A stretch of DNA of 64,000 bases from the IMG/VR virus record IMGVR_UViG_3300046169_000069; one strand, written 5' to 3'. Of the stretch, positions 43,899 through 55,200 are shown in pieces. Both the position numbers and the translations under genes were made by a program. Position 1 is the stretch's first letter; the number at the start of each line of letters is the position of its first letter. The stretch is from a virus. Under the pieces are notes generated by a model. That model was not told the origin of the DNA and ran no database searches. It was given only the letters and a program-made list of their open reading frames with translations.

Positions 43899-46800
43899 TT
43901 ATACGTCAACGTGAGTGGCAGTGACCTTAACGGTTGCACCAGCACTTACAGCTGTGTATGTTAGTTCTACTGAACCATTTGTCATTTGAACGTCGGTATC
44001 ACCTAGCAGACCTGCGCCTGTATAAACGATGCCGTACTCTGTTATATATGCATTGGTTCCGTCGTGGATTACCATGCACTCACGTACTTCGTGTTGACCG
44101 CCTAGATCTACAGTTACGATGAACTTAGCAGAACGATGGACAGTTGAATCAAACGAAGATACGACAACAGCAGATGTACCTACAGCAACATCTTCACCCT
44201 GAATGAATGCCTTGATTTCGTCAGCTAGTGTTTCAGCACCAACAGACTTAGGATCTAGGACACCAACCGAGTTAGTAGACTGAGCGATAACAACCGCCTG
44301 TGTACCGACTGGGATAGCAGAAGTGAATGTGATTGTCTGATTAGGACCATCGATTGTGTAGTGAGTTGTTGGATCCTGAATAACACCACCAACAAACACG
44401 AACGAGTTCTGGTTAGTAGTTGCGAAATCTAGTGCAAATACTGTTTGTGAACCGTCACCGCTTAGTGTCTGACGTTGTGCGTCATTGAACTGAAGTTGAG
44501 TTGGATCAACAAGCTCGATACCAGTACCGTCTGTACGTACGCGAGCAACATATCCTGCCTTTGCAGTACCTAGAGATGAATCAGTAACGTCTTCCAACTC
44601 AACGAATGCCTTACCAGTTGATACTGATAGAACACCTGTTGAACTGTTGTAAGATACGTCGCCTTCACCATCTACGTCTGTGACAGAGATTGAAGCACGA
44701 GCACGTGCTGGAGTAAAGTATTCGTTATCGCCTTCACTTAGATCAGTAGTTGAGAATACAGAGATATGCTGTGCAGCAAGTCCTGCATCCATCTGACCTT
44801 TGTTGACTGCGTCTGTTGCGTCAGTACCGTTAGCAACTGCGATGACCTTGTTTGAACCCATGTTCAAAACACCAGTCATTGTGTCGCCAGACTTTGATAC
44901 CTTAGTATCTACTGCAGCTTGTAGAATTACGTCAGCAGCAGCAAACTCTGCACGGATCGCAGCGTCTTCTGAAACACGTGTTGAAGTTTCAGTAGCAATT
45001 GCAGTCGCGTTAGCAGCGATGTCTGTTTGGTTCTGTGATACTAGACCTGTTAGAGTACCGTCTGCAGCTTGGAAAGCAGCAACGATTTCTGTTAGTGAGT
45101 CTAGTGCAGCAGAGTCAGTGTTTGACTTAATGAAGTCAACTTGTGACTGTAGAGATGTTTCAACACCCTGTGCACGAGTTGATTCAGCAGCGATTGCCGC
45201 AGCGTTAGTTGCGATGTCGCCTGCGTTTGCAACTTCAGCAGCCGTTGCACGGGCAACTTCTGCTGCTAGAGATGCAGTTAGATCTGAATCGCCAGCAATA
45301 CGTGCAGCTTCTTCTGCATCAATCTGTGCCTGAAGTGAAGACTCTTTTGATAAACGACCAGTATCTACTGCTTTGATCGCTGCGTCCAACTTCTGGTCTG
45401 CATCTGCAAGAGATGTAGATAGATTGATGTAGTTAGTGCCGGATGGAGTTGCATAAGTGCCGTCAGCGTTAACGCCAGCAGCTGTTTGTGTTGCAGTCAT
45501 TTCACCTTCAACGACTGTTAGACGTGAGTCTAGAGCGTTGTCAGCAACTTGACGTGCGTTTGTTTCTGTAGTGATCTTACCGTCTAGGACGTTATCCGCA
45601 TTCTCACGTAGAGTAGCTTTCGTTTGCAACGATGCCGTCTGCGTAAGTCTTAGCATTTGCTTCTGCAGTGTCAGCCTTAGTAGTAGCGTCTGTTGCCGCT
45701 TCTGACTTGACTACAGCGTCTGCCGCGATGTATGCGTTAGTTACTACCACATCTGCCGCAGCGAACTCAGAACGGATTGCAGAGTCTTCTAGGACACGTG
45801 TTGCAATTTCAGAAGCAAGAGCATCTGAATCTGCGTCTGCGCGAGCAACAGCAGCTTGCAAGACCTGCAGTGTTAACGTCTGTCTCGCCGTGTACTTCGT
45901 TGATTGCACCAGTTAGAGTCTGTGCAGTTGTGTCTAGAGTTTCTTCTGCAGAACCGATCTTCGCTTCTAGAGCGTCGATGTCTGCTTCGTTAACTGTTAG
46001 ACGACCTGCTTGTAGACCCTGTTCTGTTTCTAGAGCAGTCGCACGACCTTCTAGTGAAGTAGAACGAGATTCTAGATCAGTTGCACGTAGTTCAAGAGCA
46101 TCGATGTCTGCTTCGTTGACTGTTAGACGACCAGAGTTTGCAGAAATAACATTCTGTAGGTCTGAGTCTGCGTCTTCAAATGCAGCTACGATTTCTTGTA
46201 GTGTGTCTAGAGTTTCTGGCGAAGTACCAACAATCGCATCAACACGACCAGTTACTGCGTCAACGTCAGTACGTAGACCACCTTCAACGCCAGTAGCGCG
46301 AGTAGTTTCGTCTGCGATTGCAGTAGCGTTGGCTTGTTCTGCAGCCTGTGCACGTGTAACTTCAATTGTTAGATCAGCTGCGTTCTGTGCGATTGCAGCA
46401 GTGTTTGTGTTAACGTCTGAACGTAGACCACCTTCAATACCAGTAGCACGAGCAACTTCTGCTGCAAGTGATGCTGTTAGATCGGAGTCTGCGTTTGCAC
46501 GTGTAACGGCTTCTGCATCAATGTTGTTCTGCAATGCAGTGTCTGCGTTTGCACGAGCAACTGCTTCTGCGTCGATGTTAGACTGTAGAGTCGCATCACC
46601 AGCAGCACGAGCAACTTCTTCTGCACGTAGATCAGTTTCGTTTTGATCAGCAAGTGCTTCTACTGCATCCATCTCACCTTCTAGCGCAGTAGTGCGTAGA
46701 GAAAGTGCGTCGTCTGCAGCTGAACGAGTTGCAGCTTCTGCAGTAACTTGTGCAGTAGTGAAGTCGTTTGCTTCTTGCTTAGCAGTTAGGATACGTGCAG

Positions 46801-48533
46801 TAACAGTGTTACCGACAGTTCCGTCTACTGTTGCGTCACCGATTAGGGCAGCGTCTTGTGCATCAGCGTGTGCAATTGCAGCCGCTTGATGTAGATCTGC
46901 TTCTTGATCAGTGTATGCTTTTGCAGCGAATAGTACGTCTGAGTCGCGATCGATGTAATCTAGAGTGATGTTATCAATCTGTGTCTGTAGACCAGCATCT
47001 GCAGTACCACGAGTCGCCGCTTCTGCGTCAATCGCGTTCTGTAGTGCAGTGTCTGCAGAAGCACGTACAGACGCTTCCGTTGAAATAGCAGTAGTGTTAG
47101 ATGATACTAGTGCAGAGATGTCTGAGTCCGCATCTACAAATGCAGAGACAATCTCTTCTAGTGTATCTAGAGTTTCTGGTGAAGCACCAAGGATTGTTGT
47201 AACTTGTGATTGAACAGCGTCAACGTCAGTACGTAGACCAGATTCAACACCAGTTGCACGAGTAACTTCTGCCGCTAGGTCAGATGTTAGTACGCCTTCC
47301 GCAGCAGTCGCACGAGCGATTTCAGCGTCAAGACCTGCTTGTAGGTCAGAGTCGCCTGCAATACGTGCAGCTTTCTTCTGCAGCAACACCTGAATCAGCG
47401 TGTGACTTAGATGCAGCTTCTGCAGATGCGATACGGTCAGTTACAGTGTTTCCTGTAGTACCATCTACAGTTGCATCACCGATCAATAGATCATCGTGTG
47501 CTTTTGCAGATACTAGAGTTGCAGCGTCACCAGAGTTGATCAATGCAGTCATGTCAGTGCGGACTTGTGTGTCAGCAGTTGCACGTGCAGAGATTTCGTC
47601 TTGGATAGATTGTGCGTTTGCAGCTTCTGCCGCTGTTGCACGAGTTTCTTCGTCTGCGATATCCTGAGCGTTAACCGCTTCAGCCGCAGTTGCACGAACG
47701 ATCTCAGCAGCAAGGTCAGATTGTAGAGTGTCTACATTGCCTTCTTCTGTGGTTAGTCGAACGTCTAGTGCGTTGTCAGCAGCGATACGAGCAGCAGCTT
47801 CTTCTGCAGTAAGTGCAGTCTGAAGTGCAGTGTCGCCAGCAGTACGTGCAGATACTTCTGCAGTGATCTGACCTTGTAGATCAGCTTCTGCAGTTGTTGC
47901 ACGTGTAACCTCGTTAGAGATTGCAGTTGAGTTTGCAATAGTAGATGCAGTCAATACGCTATCTGCGTTTTGGAATGCAACGACGATTTCTGCAAGTGAG
48001 TCAAGTGCAGCAGCTGGGTCAGTATTGCTAACAATGTTGTCAATACGAGTGGTTAGAGCTGAATCTGCAGTTTGGTATGCAAGTTCAATTGCATCTTCAC
48101 GTGCTACCGCACGAGTAACTTCTGCAGCAAGATCAGCAGTGAGTGTTGCGTCAGCAGCGATACGAGCAGCTTCTTCCGCGTCAATGTTTTGTTGTAGTAG
48201 AGTTTCAGCCGCTGATGCGCGTGAAGATTCAGTTGCTACCGCGTCTGCGATATCTTGTGCAACTGCCGCCTTAGCACGTGCGTCAGTGAAGTACTTAGAT
48301 GAATTTTCGGTAGTGCCTTCAGAGATGTCGTCCGTAGAGAACGATGCGATGAAGTCATCTGCGCCAATTTTCTTAAGTGAGTCTGAACCTACATCGTACA
48401 ATAGGGTAAAACAATCTGCAGGGTTAACCATTCCCTGTAGTTCGGCTTGCCCCTGTACCGCGCTCTCATCAAGTTTTGTATTGATGACGGCCTTGTCGGC
48501 CAGAGCAGGTGATTTAATTTGCCTAAATGCCAT
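43899..48533 (-). CDS. Second long coiled-coil fibre protein (~1,540 aa); four track ORFs joined across three frameshifts
   Basis: Same AE..RA and LDTL.E.V.AF..ADS repeats; TDDxSEG..N.YFT..RA motifs; C-terminal beta domains (V.VGGV.Q.P...Y; RSAKF.V). Confidence 0.75.
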
Positions 48534-48583
48534 TAGGTAATCTCCTAGGTTAGTGGTTTTGGAATTAAACGTTTAATAATATA

Positions 48584-48943
48584 CTAACGAAATTTAATGT
48601 AGATGTCCGTCCCTACTGGGGGGATCTCAAAAAACTGAATAGTATTCTCAATTGTTTCATAGATTTCTTCAGGATGCTGAAGAACATCGTTAACCCAGAC
48701 ATCAATTAGATCATCACGAGATGGGATACCATTCAAAGTAAATACTGCAGTGTCGCCTGGAGCAATGATAGACTGTGCTTCAGGAATGACAGTGCGTTCA
48801 TTGGTTGATGAAGAGGTACCTTCGATATAATCGAATAATGCGGTTTCTTGGCCGGGTGTCGCAGAAACTTCTTCTTGTTTTTGTTTAGCTAAGTTGAAAA
48901 GACTTTCGGCAAGTACCCTGTTGAAGGATTTATTATTGATCAT
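48584..48943 (-). CDS. Small virion-associated protein
   Basis: VWVNDVLQHP...Y......I.F.E.P..G motif, also seen in the neighbouring fibres; late promoter upstream. Confidence 0.65.
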   Translation of the reverse strand: MINNKSFNRVLAESLFNLAKQKQEEVSATPGQETALFDYIEGTSSSTNERTVIPEAQSIIAPGDTAVFTLNGIPSRDDLIDVWVNDVLQHPEEIYETIENTIQFFEIPPVGTDIYIKFR

Positions 48944-48980
48944 ATCTTTGGAATACTACGTCTGATTAATATACTGTCTT

Positions 48981-48988
48981 TATTTATA
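48981..48988 (-). promoter_or_regulatory. T4-type late promoter
   Basis: TATAAATA. Confidence 0.75.
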
Positions 48989-49020
48989 TTAAAAACGAGT
49001 TCAAAGCGTATTTTTATTTT

Positions 49021-49903
49021 TTATGACTGCCTGAACTGTAGTAATTCTTGTAATAACTCTGTGACATCTTGTAGATCACTATCCAGACTATTAATTCTGG
49101 CGTGTAATACGTCTACTTCAGTTTGTGTAGTGACACTCTGGCCATTCAATGTATAGTTACCAAGAAGTTGAACTCCAGTATCGTCCAGAACAAGTCTATC
49201 ATCATTTTGGTGTTGTATCTTGAACTGACTATCGTTAAACCCCAAGTGTTTAATAATAGTGTCAGTACCATTATGATAAAAACGAGTTTCTTCGTTGGTG
49301 CCTACAATAAAGGCAAAGTGGTCATCTATGATGAGGTCGTTTCCAAAAGAAACGCCAGTAGAATTGTAGGCTGCTACCTGAACTACCTGTTCATCGCCTA
49401 CAATGTGTGTAAGGGAGATCGTGTCTCCGTCATTCGCAACGTAGTCTATTCCTTGATGGAGTAAGACACCGTTGAGATATACTTGAATTCTTGATGGACT
49501 GTTCGGATCTGGATCGTATTGTAATACGTTGCCAGCGTCATCTGCACCCGTTATAACCTCTAGTGTTCCATCGGACGTATAGATGTATGCGTTGAATGTA
49601 GTTGTCGCAGAGAGACTATCGTCCCCTACAGCGCCAATCTCTACAATCGTTTGAACTCCACCATCATACTCTCGTTTGATGTAGAGCTTTTCCGTCTTGA
49701 GTATTTATACCGATCTCGCCCAGTTTTAACTCTTCAATACTGGGAATATCACCAAGACCGTCAAATGTCTTGATGTTCGCACCGATATTCTGTACGACAT
49801 TACTGATAGGTCGGCCGACCGTGACTCTCTTAACCTTGGTTCCAGAACCAAACCCACTGATAGAGGATACGTTTGTGACTCCGCCAATTCTACGTATAGG
49901 CAT
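49021..49903 (-). CDS. Virion structural protein (track fragments joined; frameshift near 49688)
   Basis: LGEIGINTQDGK|LYIKR fibre N-terminal motif, then QVYLNGVLL..G.DY.A..G and a coiled-coil tail. Confidence 0.65.
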
Positions 49904-49907
49904 GTCG

Positions 49908-50258
49908 TTACCTCGTGACCGAAGGGTTGACTTTTATCTTACCTTCTAGTATTCTTTCTATAATAGTATGACCGTCTTCATCAACGAAACTGATCTCAAC
50001 ATCATAGACGTATCTACCACGAGTGGATAGGGCATCGGTTTGCAAGTTAGTTAAGGATATTGTAACGATGCCCTCTAAAGGAGGAGTGGGTATTACAGCC
50101 GTGAAGTCAATTGACTCTGTACTTCTGTAAGTTTTTTTCAGTTTGGCGGCCGCTGAATAACCAGTAAGATCTTTCTTAGATCCGTCCGGATTCACTAACT
50201 CTATCTGTAGAGCTAGGTCCGAACCTTGATCAATTGTAAAATCTTCGTAAGTCGCCAT
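49908..50258 (-). CDS. BppU-like baseplate/fibre adaptor protein
   Basis: IDQGSD...DLTGY...A.L.K...G...ISLT..QT..L..GRYVYDVEI......RILEG.I.V.P.VT. Confidence 0.7.
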   Translation of the reverse strand: MATYEDFTIDQGSDLALQIELVNPDGSKKDLTGYSAAAKLKKTYRSTESIDFTAVIPTPPLEGIVTISLTNLQTDALSTRGRYVYDVEISFVDEDGHTIIERILEGKIKVNPSVTR

Positions 50259-50294
50259 TATGGTTAAACCCTAAGTGTTATAAACTTCTGTTTC

Positions 50295-50302
50295 TATTTA
50301 TA
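50295..50302 (-). promoter_or_regulatory. T4-type late promoter
   Basis: TATAAATA. Confidence 0.75.
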
Positions 50303-50306
50303 ACAC

Positions 50307-51011
50307 TTAAACTGCAGAAATGTCGTCAAGAACCATCTCACGAAATTCTTCAGAAGTCTCTGACCAGTCAAATACATAAGAAACGGTAACACGCCAGTCA
50401 TCTGTAGATGCGGCATGATACATTAACTTTTCTGGTTCGTCATAGTGTCCGAAGTATGCAGCCTTACAAGTCCATACTCCTGGCGTGTCTTGACAGCGAA
50501 CAACTTCTTTCGTTTCTGGGTGAATGTAGTCAAAGTAACCAGAACCATCTTCTGAGTAAGAGAAGATAAGATTAAAACCTGGCGCATTTGCATTGTTATG
50601 CCATGAGATATACCCGCCCGGTGGATAGACTGCTGCAAGTGCATTGTGTTTAACAGACAAGAAGTTCATCATCTTGTCGTTTAGATCACGTAGGTGATGA
50701 GTCATGTCACGTTTAAAGATTGGGTCTGCATCTTTTTCAAACATCTTATGTGCGCGGTCAGATAGTTTGAAGTTATATCCAACCATCTCTTCGGGAAATC
50801 CATCATGTCCCTTTCCCATTGCAACGATGTCATTCATGTATCCTTCACCAACGTAGTATGAACGTTGACGAATATGTTCTGCTGCAGTCAAGTGACAGTT
50901 CTTTTCAAAACCCTGCATAGTATGCAATTTGGCATACTGGTCTAAAACCTCTAGCAACTCTGGGTTATTTACCTCTACGTGCTTTAGATATTGGTCGTTT
51001 ACCTGTGTCAT
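50307..51011 (-). CDS. DSBH / 2OG-Fe oxygenase-like protein, paralog of 14007-14654
   Basis: YPPGGYISWHNNANA.GFNLIF...YHAA.T..WRVT.SY. Confidence 0.6.
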   Translation of the reverse strand: MTQVNDQYLKHVEVNNPELLEVLDQYAKLHTMQGFEKNCHLTAAEHIRQRSYYVGEGYMNDIVAMGKGHDGFPEEMVGYNFKLSDRAHKMFEKDADPIFKRDMTHHLRDLNDKMMNFLSVKHNALAAVYPPGGYISWHNNANAPGFNLIFSYSEDGSGYFDYIHPETKEVVRCQDTPGVWTCKAAYFGHYDEPEKLMYHAASTDDWRVTVSYVFDWSETSEEFREMVLDDISAV

Positions 51012-51736
51012 ACGATTGGAGTATCCTTGTTCAACCCAGCCGAGAAGTGTCTTAAAATTACGGGTCCCGTCTCAGGTCGTGTTCTTGCCCAATTGAGGGC
51101 ATTGTAATAATTCCACCTCAAGTCATCATCAAAGATACCAACCTTGAGGTCCTTATACTTTTCTTCCTTCTCAGTTAACCACCAAAGCGAGAACTGATCC
51201 CAAGACTTGAGACTGTCTGCATACCCTTCTGGCCACCAAGAGTCGTTCATCTGTCTGAATGTCAAGTCCCACCAATCGTCCATGAATTCACGTACAATCG
51301 GTTTACTCATATCATACAAACAAACGCCACCGCATAATGTAAACTTCGCCATACCCTCTGGTGTAGAGAAGTCGCGTTCTGCGTAGATGTAATCTCTATC
51401 ATCTGTTAACGCAGAAAACACCACATCGTGGTCTTTCATCTCATCCCAAACTTTTACAATGTCTTCGTGCTCACATTCCATATCAGCATCAATGTACATT
51501 GTCAAGTCATACGGAGACTTTGCCATCCCCCACAACTTCGCACGGTAGTGATCATCACAAAAGATGATATCATCCGCGACTTCGCGACCACGATCATCAA
51601 TAAACCGTTCTTCGGTCACTAAACAAATCTTGCAATCCTCATAGTAATCTCTAATGGATTCGGCAAGATTCAATGCGTACAAATAAAAGTTGCGTTTCTT
51701 AGACGCAACTAACAAAAATCCTTTACTCTTTTCCAC
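51008..51736 (-). CDS. GT-A fold glycosyltransferase (GT8-like)
   Basis: A..LAESIR..., K.W....SPYD.TMYIDAD, GGV.LY, WDQ.SL, WNYY, ILRH. Confidence 0.75.
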   Translation of the reverse strand: MEKSKGFLLVASKKRNFYLYALNLAESIRDYYEDCKICLVTEERFIDDRGREVADDIIFCDDHYRAKLWGMAKSPYDLTMYIDADMECEHEDIVKVWDEMKDHDVVFSALTDDRDYIYAERDFSTPEGMAKFTLCGGVCLYDMSKPIVREFMDDWWDLTFRQMNDSWWPEGYADSLKSWDQFSLWWLTEKEEKYKDLKVGIFDDDLRWNYYNALNWARTRPETGPVILRHFSAGLNKDTPIV

Positions 51737-52185
51737 TGTCTTCGGCCTCTAGTTGTTCTTGCAGAATCATAATTGAGTACATATCTACTTCAATCTTTGA
51801 CTTTGCCCGACGCAGTTTAGCCTTCAACTTGCGGTTCTTAGAGTTCTTAATCTCTTCAACCTCAAACGCTTCTAGTTTGTAGTTGAACAGTTTTTCAAGC
51901 TTACGTGCCTTTTGATGTTCTTCTTCACGTATCTTGTCTTCTTCAGCTTCTGCCTTCTTGCGAACAACACGATTCAGATGTTTCCTTATCAATCGCATCT
52001 TCACCTAGAGAATCAATCACTTCTTTAAAAAGTTCGTTCTCACTACCGTCCTTATCATGACGATGTAAAAACATTTGTTGGCGCGTCACTCTACCAACGT
52101 CATCTTCAAGTTCTAGAATACAGTTTAGTTCTTTCTTTTCGTCTGTTTCCCAGAACGCATTATCCATCCAACGCTTATAACTCAT
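51723..52185 (-). CDS. Hypothetical protein with basic helical C-terminus (two track ORFs joined; frameshift near 51977)
   Basis: MSYKRW...IDKET|NRVVRKK...LFNYKLEAFEVEEIKNSKNRKLKAKLRRAK. Confidence 0.65.
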
Positions 52186-52231
52186 TAAGTATCTCCAAAG
52201 AGTTCAATTCAATTCAAATGTATATAGTGTA

Positions 52232-52261
52232 GAAATAAAACGGGTCAAGTGAATGACCCGC
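52232..52261 (-). terminator. Intrinsic terminator after repeat-hairpin gene
   Basis: CGGGTCA-TTCACT-TGACCCG followed by TTTTATTT. Confidence 0.75.
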
Positions 52262-52291
52262 ATTTCCTATATTATAACACAGTACGGTTGA

Positions 52292-55200
52292 TTATGCAAC
52301 ACGTACGTATAATGTATATGTTTCAGTAACCTCTGTAAGCGTATCTGAAATCGTTGCACCCACGTAGTTACCCAAGAAAGATCTTGCATAGTTACCAACG
52401 TAATCTCGAGCATAGTTACCACCAAATGTACGTGAGTAATTACCTGTAAAGTCTCCAACATAGGCAGAGTCACGATTGCGTGAGTATGCACCAGAGTAGG
52501 CCGAGTTACGGACACGAGCGTATGCAGATACACGTACGCGTGAGTAGTTACCTACGAAGTCGCGTGAGTAAGTGCCAGTGTATTCACCAGTAAATGTACG
52601 TGAATAATCACCGACATAGTTGCCACCGAAGTCGCGAGTATATGTGCCAGTGTATTCACCAGCAAAGTCACGGGAGTAGTTACCTACATATTCCCCAGCG
52701 AAGCCGCGTGAGTAGTTGCCCGCATACTGACCAGAGAAGTCGCGAGTATATGTGCCAGTGTATTCACCCGCGAATCCACGAGCATAGTTACCTACGAAGT
52801 CGCCGACAAAGTCACTTGCATAAGCCCCAGTGTATTCACCAGCAAATGTTCTTGCATAGTTACCAGTAAAGTCTCCAGCAAAATCACGTGCATAATTACC
52901 AGCAAATGTTCTTGCATAGTTACCAGTAAATGTGGCATTATATGTTCCCGCATACTCACCAACAAATCCACGTGAGTAAGCACCAGTATATTCACCAACG
53001 AAGTTGTTGTTGTAAGTACCAGTGTATGCGCCTGTGTATTCACCTACGAATGTTCGGTTATAAGTTCCTGCGTATTCGCCAACAAATCCACGTGAATAGT
53101 TACCCGCAAAGTTTCCACCAAAGTCACGTGCGTAGTTTCCTACGTAGTTTCCACCGAAGTCTCCAACAAAATCACCGATAAAGTTACCAGCGAAGTTACG
53201 AGAGTAGTTACCAGTGAATGTGCGTGAGTAGTTGCCTGCAAAATCTCCAGCGAAGTCACGCGAGTAGTTACCAGTGAATGTACGTGAATAGTTACCAGCA
53301 AAGTTTCCTGCAAAGTTAGTCACACGATCACGAGCATATGTTGATGCGCGGTTGCGGATGTATGCAGAAACACGAGTCACGACATATGCAGAGTAACGAG
53401 TACGAGTAGATGTACGAGTATACTCACCAGTAAAGTTACCGGCATATTCACCCGCGAATCCACGAGCATAGTTACCTACAAAGTCACCTGCATAGTTACG
53501 GGCGTAGTTACCGATAAAGTTACCAGCGAAATTTGTTACTCTATCACGAGTGAAGTTACCTATGTAATCAGTAATTCGTGTACGTGCATACGAAGAGTTG
53601 CGATTACGCGTAGATGTACGTGTTGATGTACGAGTAAAGTTACCTGTGTAATCAGTAATTCGTGTACGTGCATAAGCTGAGTAACGTGTGCGTGTTGAAG
53701 TAATTGTCGATACACGTGTGAAGTTGCCTACGTAGTTTGTTACGCGATCACGAGCGTAAGCTGAGTTACGTGTACGAGTATAGTTTGTTGCACGAGTTCT
53801 TGCATAAGCACTGTAACGAGTACGAGTAGATGTGCGCGTAGATGTACGAGTAAAGTCACCAACATAGTTAGTAATACGAGTACGTGAGTAGGCACTGTAA
53901 CGAGTACGTGTTGAAGTACGTGTTGACGTACGAGCATATTCACCTACGAAGTCACCAGCATAGTATCCAGTACGTGTGTAGTTACCTGTATTGGTAAAGG
54001 TCTGAACACGATTACGAGTGAACGCACGAGCGTAGTTACCTGTGTAGTACAATGTACGAGTGTAGTAACCAGTACCTGTACCCGTACGTGTTGACGTACG
54101 GCTGTAATTGCCTTCATATGAGAACGGACGACTACGAGTATAGTTTCCTACAAAATCACCAGTAAAGTTGGTTACACGATCACGTGAGTAGTTTCCAGCG
54201 TATGAGAACGCACGACTTCGATTATACGTAGAAGTACGGGTGCGCGTATAGTCGCGAGAGTAGTTTCCAGCGTAAGAGAATGCACGACTGCGAGTATAAT
54301 CCTCTGCGGATACACGAGTTCGGGCATAGTCCCCAACAAAGTTGCCGGTAAAAGAACCAGCCGTGCCTTGAGTAACCAACCCATAGTAATAATTTTGAAA
54401 AAGTTGCATTTGGAGAGTGCCTCTTGAATAGGTCACTCCATTGTGCGTAATTGAAGTTGCGTTGGCGTTAGTGCTGGTCGCAATAGTCGTAGCGTTAATA
54501 ACAACAGAAGCTCCCGCAGTACTCTTTAACCAATATGTGACATATTGGGCGTACTGAGTAGTACTTCCCGAATTAACAGAAGTTCGGGTTGATGTGCGTG
54601 CGTAGTTGCCTACATACGAAGTACCGCCCGTAACTCCAGTATAGTTTCCTACAAAGTTTCCTGTAAAAGAACCGCCAGAACCACTGTAAGTAACGCCGTA
54701 ACGAGTTTCCAGCCCAAAGTTCTCTCGGAAAGTGCCTCGATTATACGTGACACCACCATTGGTTATTGATGTCATGGTGGTTCCTTGCGCTATATAGCGA
54801 CAGAAGAACCGCCCACATAAACAATTACAGTACTGGATTCATTATCAATAACCCAACCATCTGTCACTGTGTTGAAAGGACTCTCCGAATAATCGTCAGT
54901 AGCACCACCAGAACCTGTAGAAACGCGAGTAGAAGTTCGGGTGAAATCTGTACTAGTTGGAGTTCCAGTGTAGTTACCTAAATAAGATCCCGTTCGGTTT
55001 CGAGTAAAGTTTCTTGAATAGTTTCCGCCGAAGTTGCGCGAATAATTACCCAAATAAGATCCAGTACGAGTACGGCCGTAGTTACCTATAAAGTTGCCTG
55101 CGTAGTTGACATCTGGTTCGCGAGTATAGTTACCCAAATAAGATCCGGTTCGTGTACGCGCATAGTTACCTACGAAGTCACCTGCGTAGTATAGAGTACG

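Noticed and set aside
28078-48540. Long plus-strand ORFs (e.g. 29347-30000, 30271-31095, 45777-46646)
   Set aside because: These are antisense shadows of Ala/Thr/Asp-rich minus-strand fibre genes. They are low-complexity Ser/Ala/Arg text without RBS or promoter support.
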